Below are positions 62,826-63,428 of a stretch of 63,428 bases of DNA, piece after piece. The position numbers and the translations under genes are program-made. Each line of letters starts with the position of its first letter. Position 1 is the first letter of the stretch. The notes below the pieces were generated by a model that saw only the letters and a list, made by a program, of their open reading frames with translations, ran no database searches and had not been told where the DNA came from. Source of the stretch: Octopus bimaculoides (lineage: Eukaryota); assembly GCF_001194135.2 (NCBI RefSeq), contig NC_068999.1, forward strand, positions 36,972,879 through 37,036,306, read 5' to 3'.

Positions 62826-63428
62826 GCAAACTACCCCCAGAACTAGATGAAGCATGGCTCATGACAGCAATAAAATACAACATGAAGGAAGAGGCCAAGA
62901 TATTGAAGGCCACAAGAACAAAGAGTGTGGATTATTGGGGATATGGAATCGAACTGACTATCCAGGCAACAGTGGAAGACCTTAATAGAATTGACGAGGA
63001 GATAGCGCTACCTGACGACCAAACATTAAGAGTGAAAGTGGAGGGCAGGCCGCCTACATGTTTTGCACGTGGCGAGAAAGGCCACATGAAGGCGAGATGC
63101 CCGCAGAGAGAACCAACAGAAAAACAGGAAGACACGAACCAGGTAGTACAGACAGAGACAGAAGAAAATACAACGGAGGAGGGATTTACGGTAGTGGAAA
63201 GAAAACGAAGAAGGAGTTGAAGATCAAACTCACCACCAGAGAACCAGAAAAAGAAGAAAGAAGTGGAAAAGGAAGCTGTAACCAGAGGGAAGGCAGATGA
63301 AGAGGTGACGGAGAAAGAAAGAGAGAAGACAACTACTAAACAGGTGGATTTACAAGAGGAGGGAACAGCGATAATGACGCCGGTTTCCCCAGCGAAGGAA
63401 GTGGATTCGAGAGTTGAAACATCTGACG
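62826..63428 (+). mobile_element. Tx1/L1-group LINE ORF1 (gag-like, zinc knuckle), continuing beyond the window
   Basis: RVKVEGRPPTCFARGEKGHMKARCP (CX2CX4HX4C with the second Cys replaced by Arg) and EGFTVVERKRRRS, followed by acidic low-complexity sequence. 5' UTR at ~62075-62240 before the gap. Confidence 0.8.

Overview
AT-rich, microsatellite- and SINE-dense eukaryotic DNA from a gapped draft assembly. The repeat families, (TA)n/(TG)n/(CAT)n density and TTAGGG repeat point to an octopus such as O. bimaculoides; this is an inference, not a search result. The main gene is a plus-strand EFHC2 (RIB72/EFHC family; DM10 domains plus EF-hand region). I traced nine GT-AG, phase-consistent coding exons from 28630 to the stop at 59034-59036 (about 615 codons). 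The N-terminal ~125 aa are not visible and must lie in a gap or upstream of the window. A second, minus-strand gene (exons 19097-19295 and 9729-10360, probably also ~22215-22383) encodes a ~7-TM, histidine-rich membrane protein whose family I do not recognise. A possible third, plus-strand gene may end at 8839, convergent with it. The rest is mobile DNA: a solo LTR with a perfect TSD, three mariners, two pogo/Tigger elements, hAT and other MITEs, decayed CR1-like, RTE, R4-like, Tx1/L1-like and Penelope retroelements, and dozens of SINE copies. There is also an interstitial telomeric repeat and several near-perfect hairpins in or near transcribed regions. No CRISPR, rRNA or convincing tRNA gene is present. 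The best leads are the orphan 7-TM protein, its arrangement with EFHC2, and the long hairpins next to exons.
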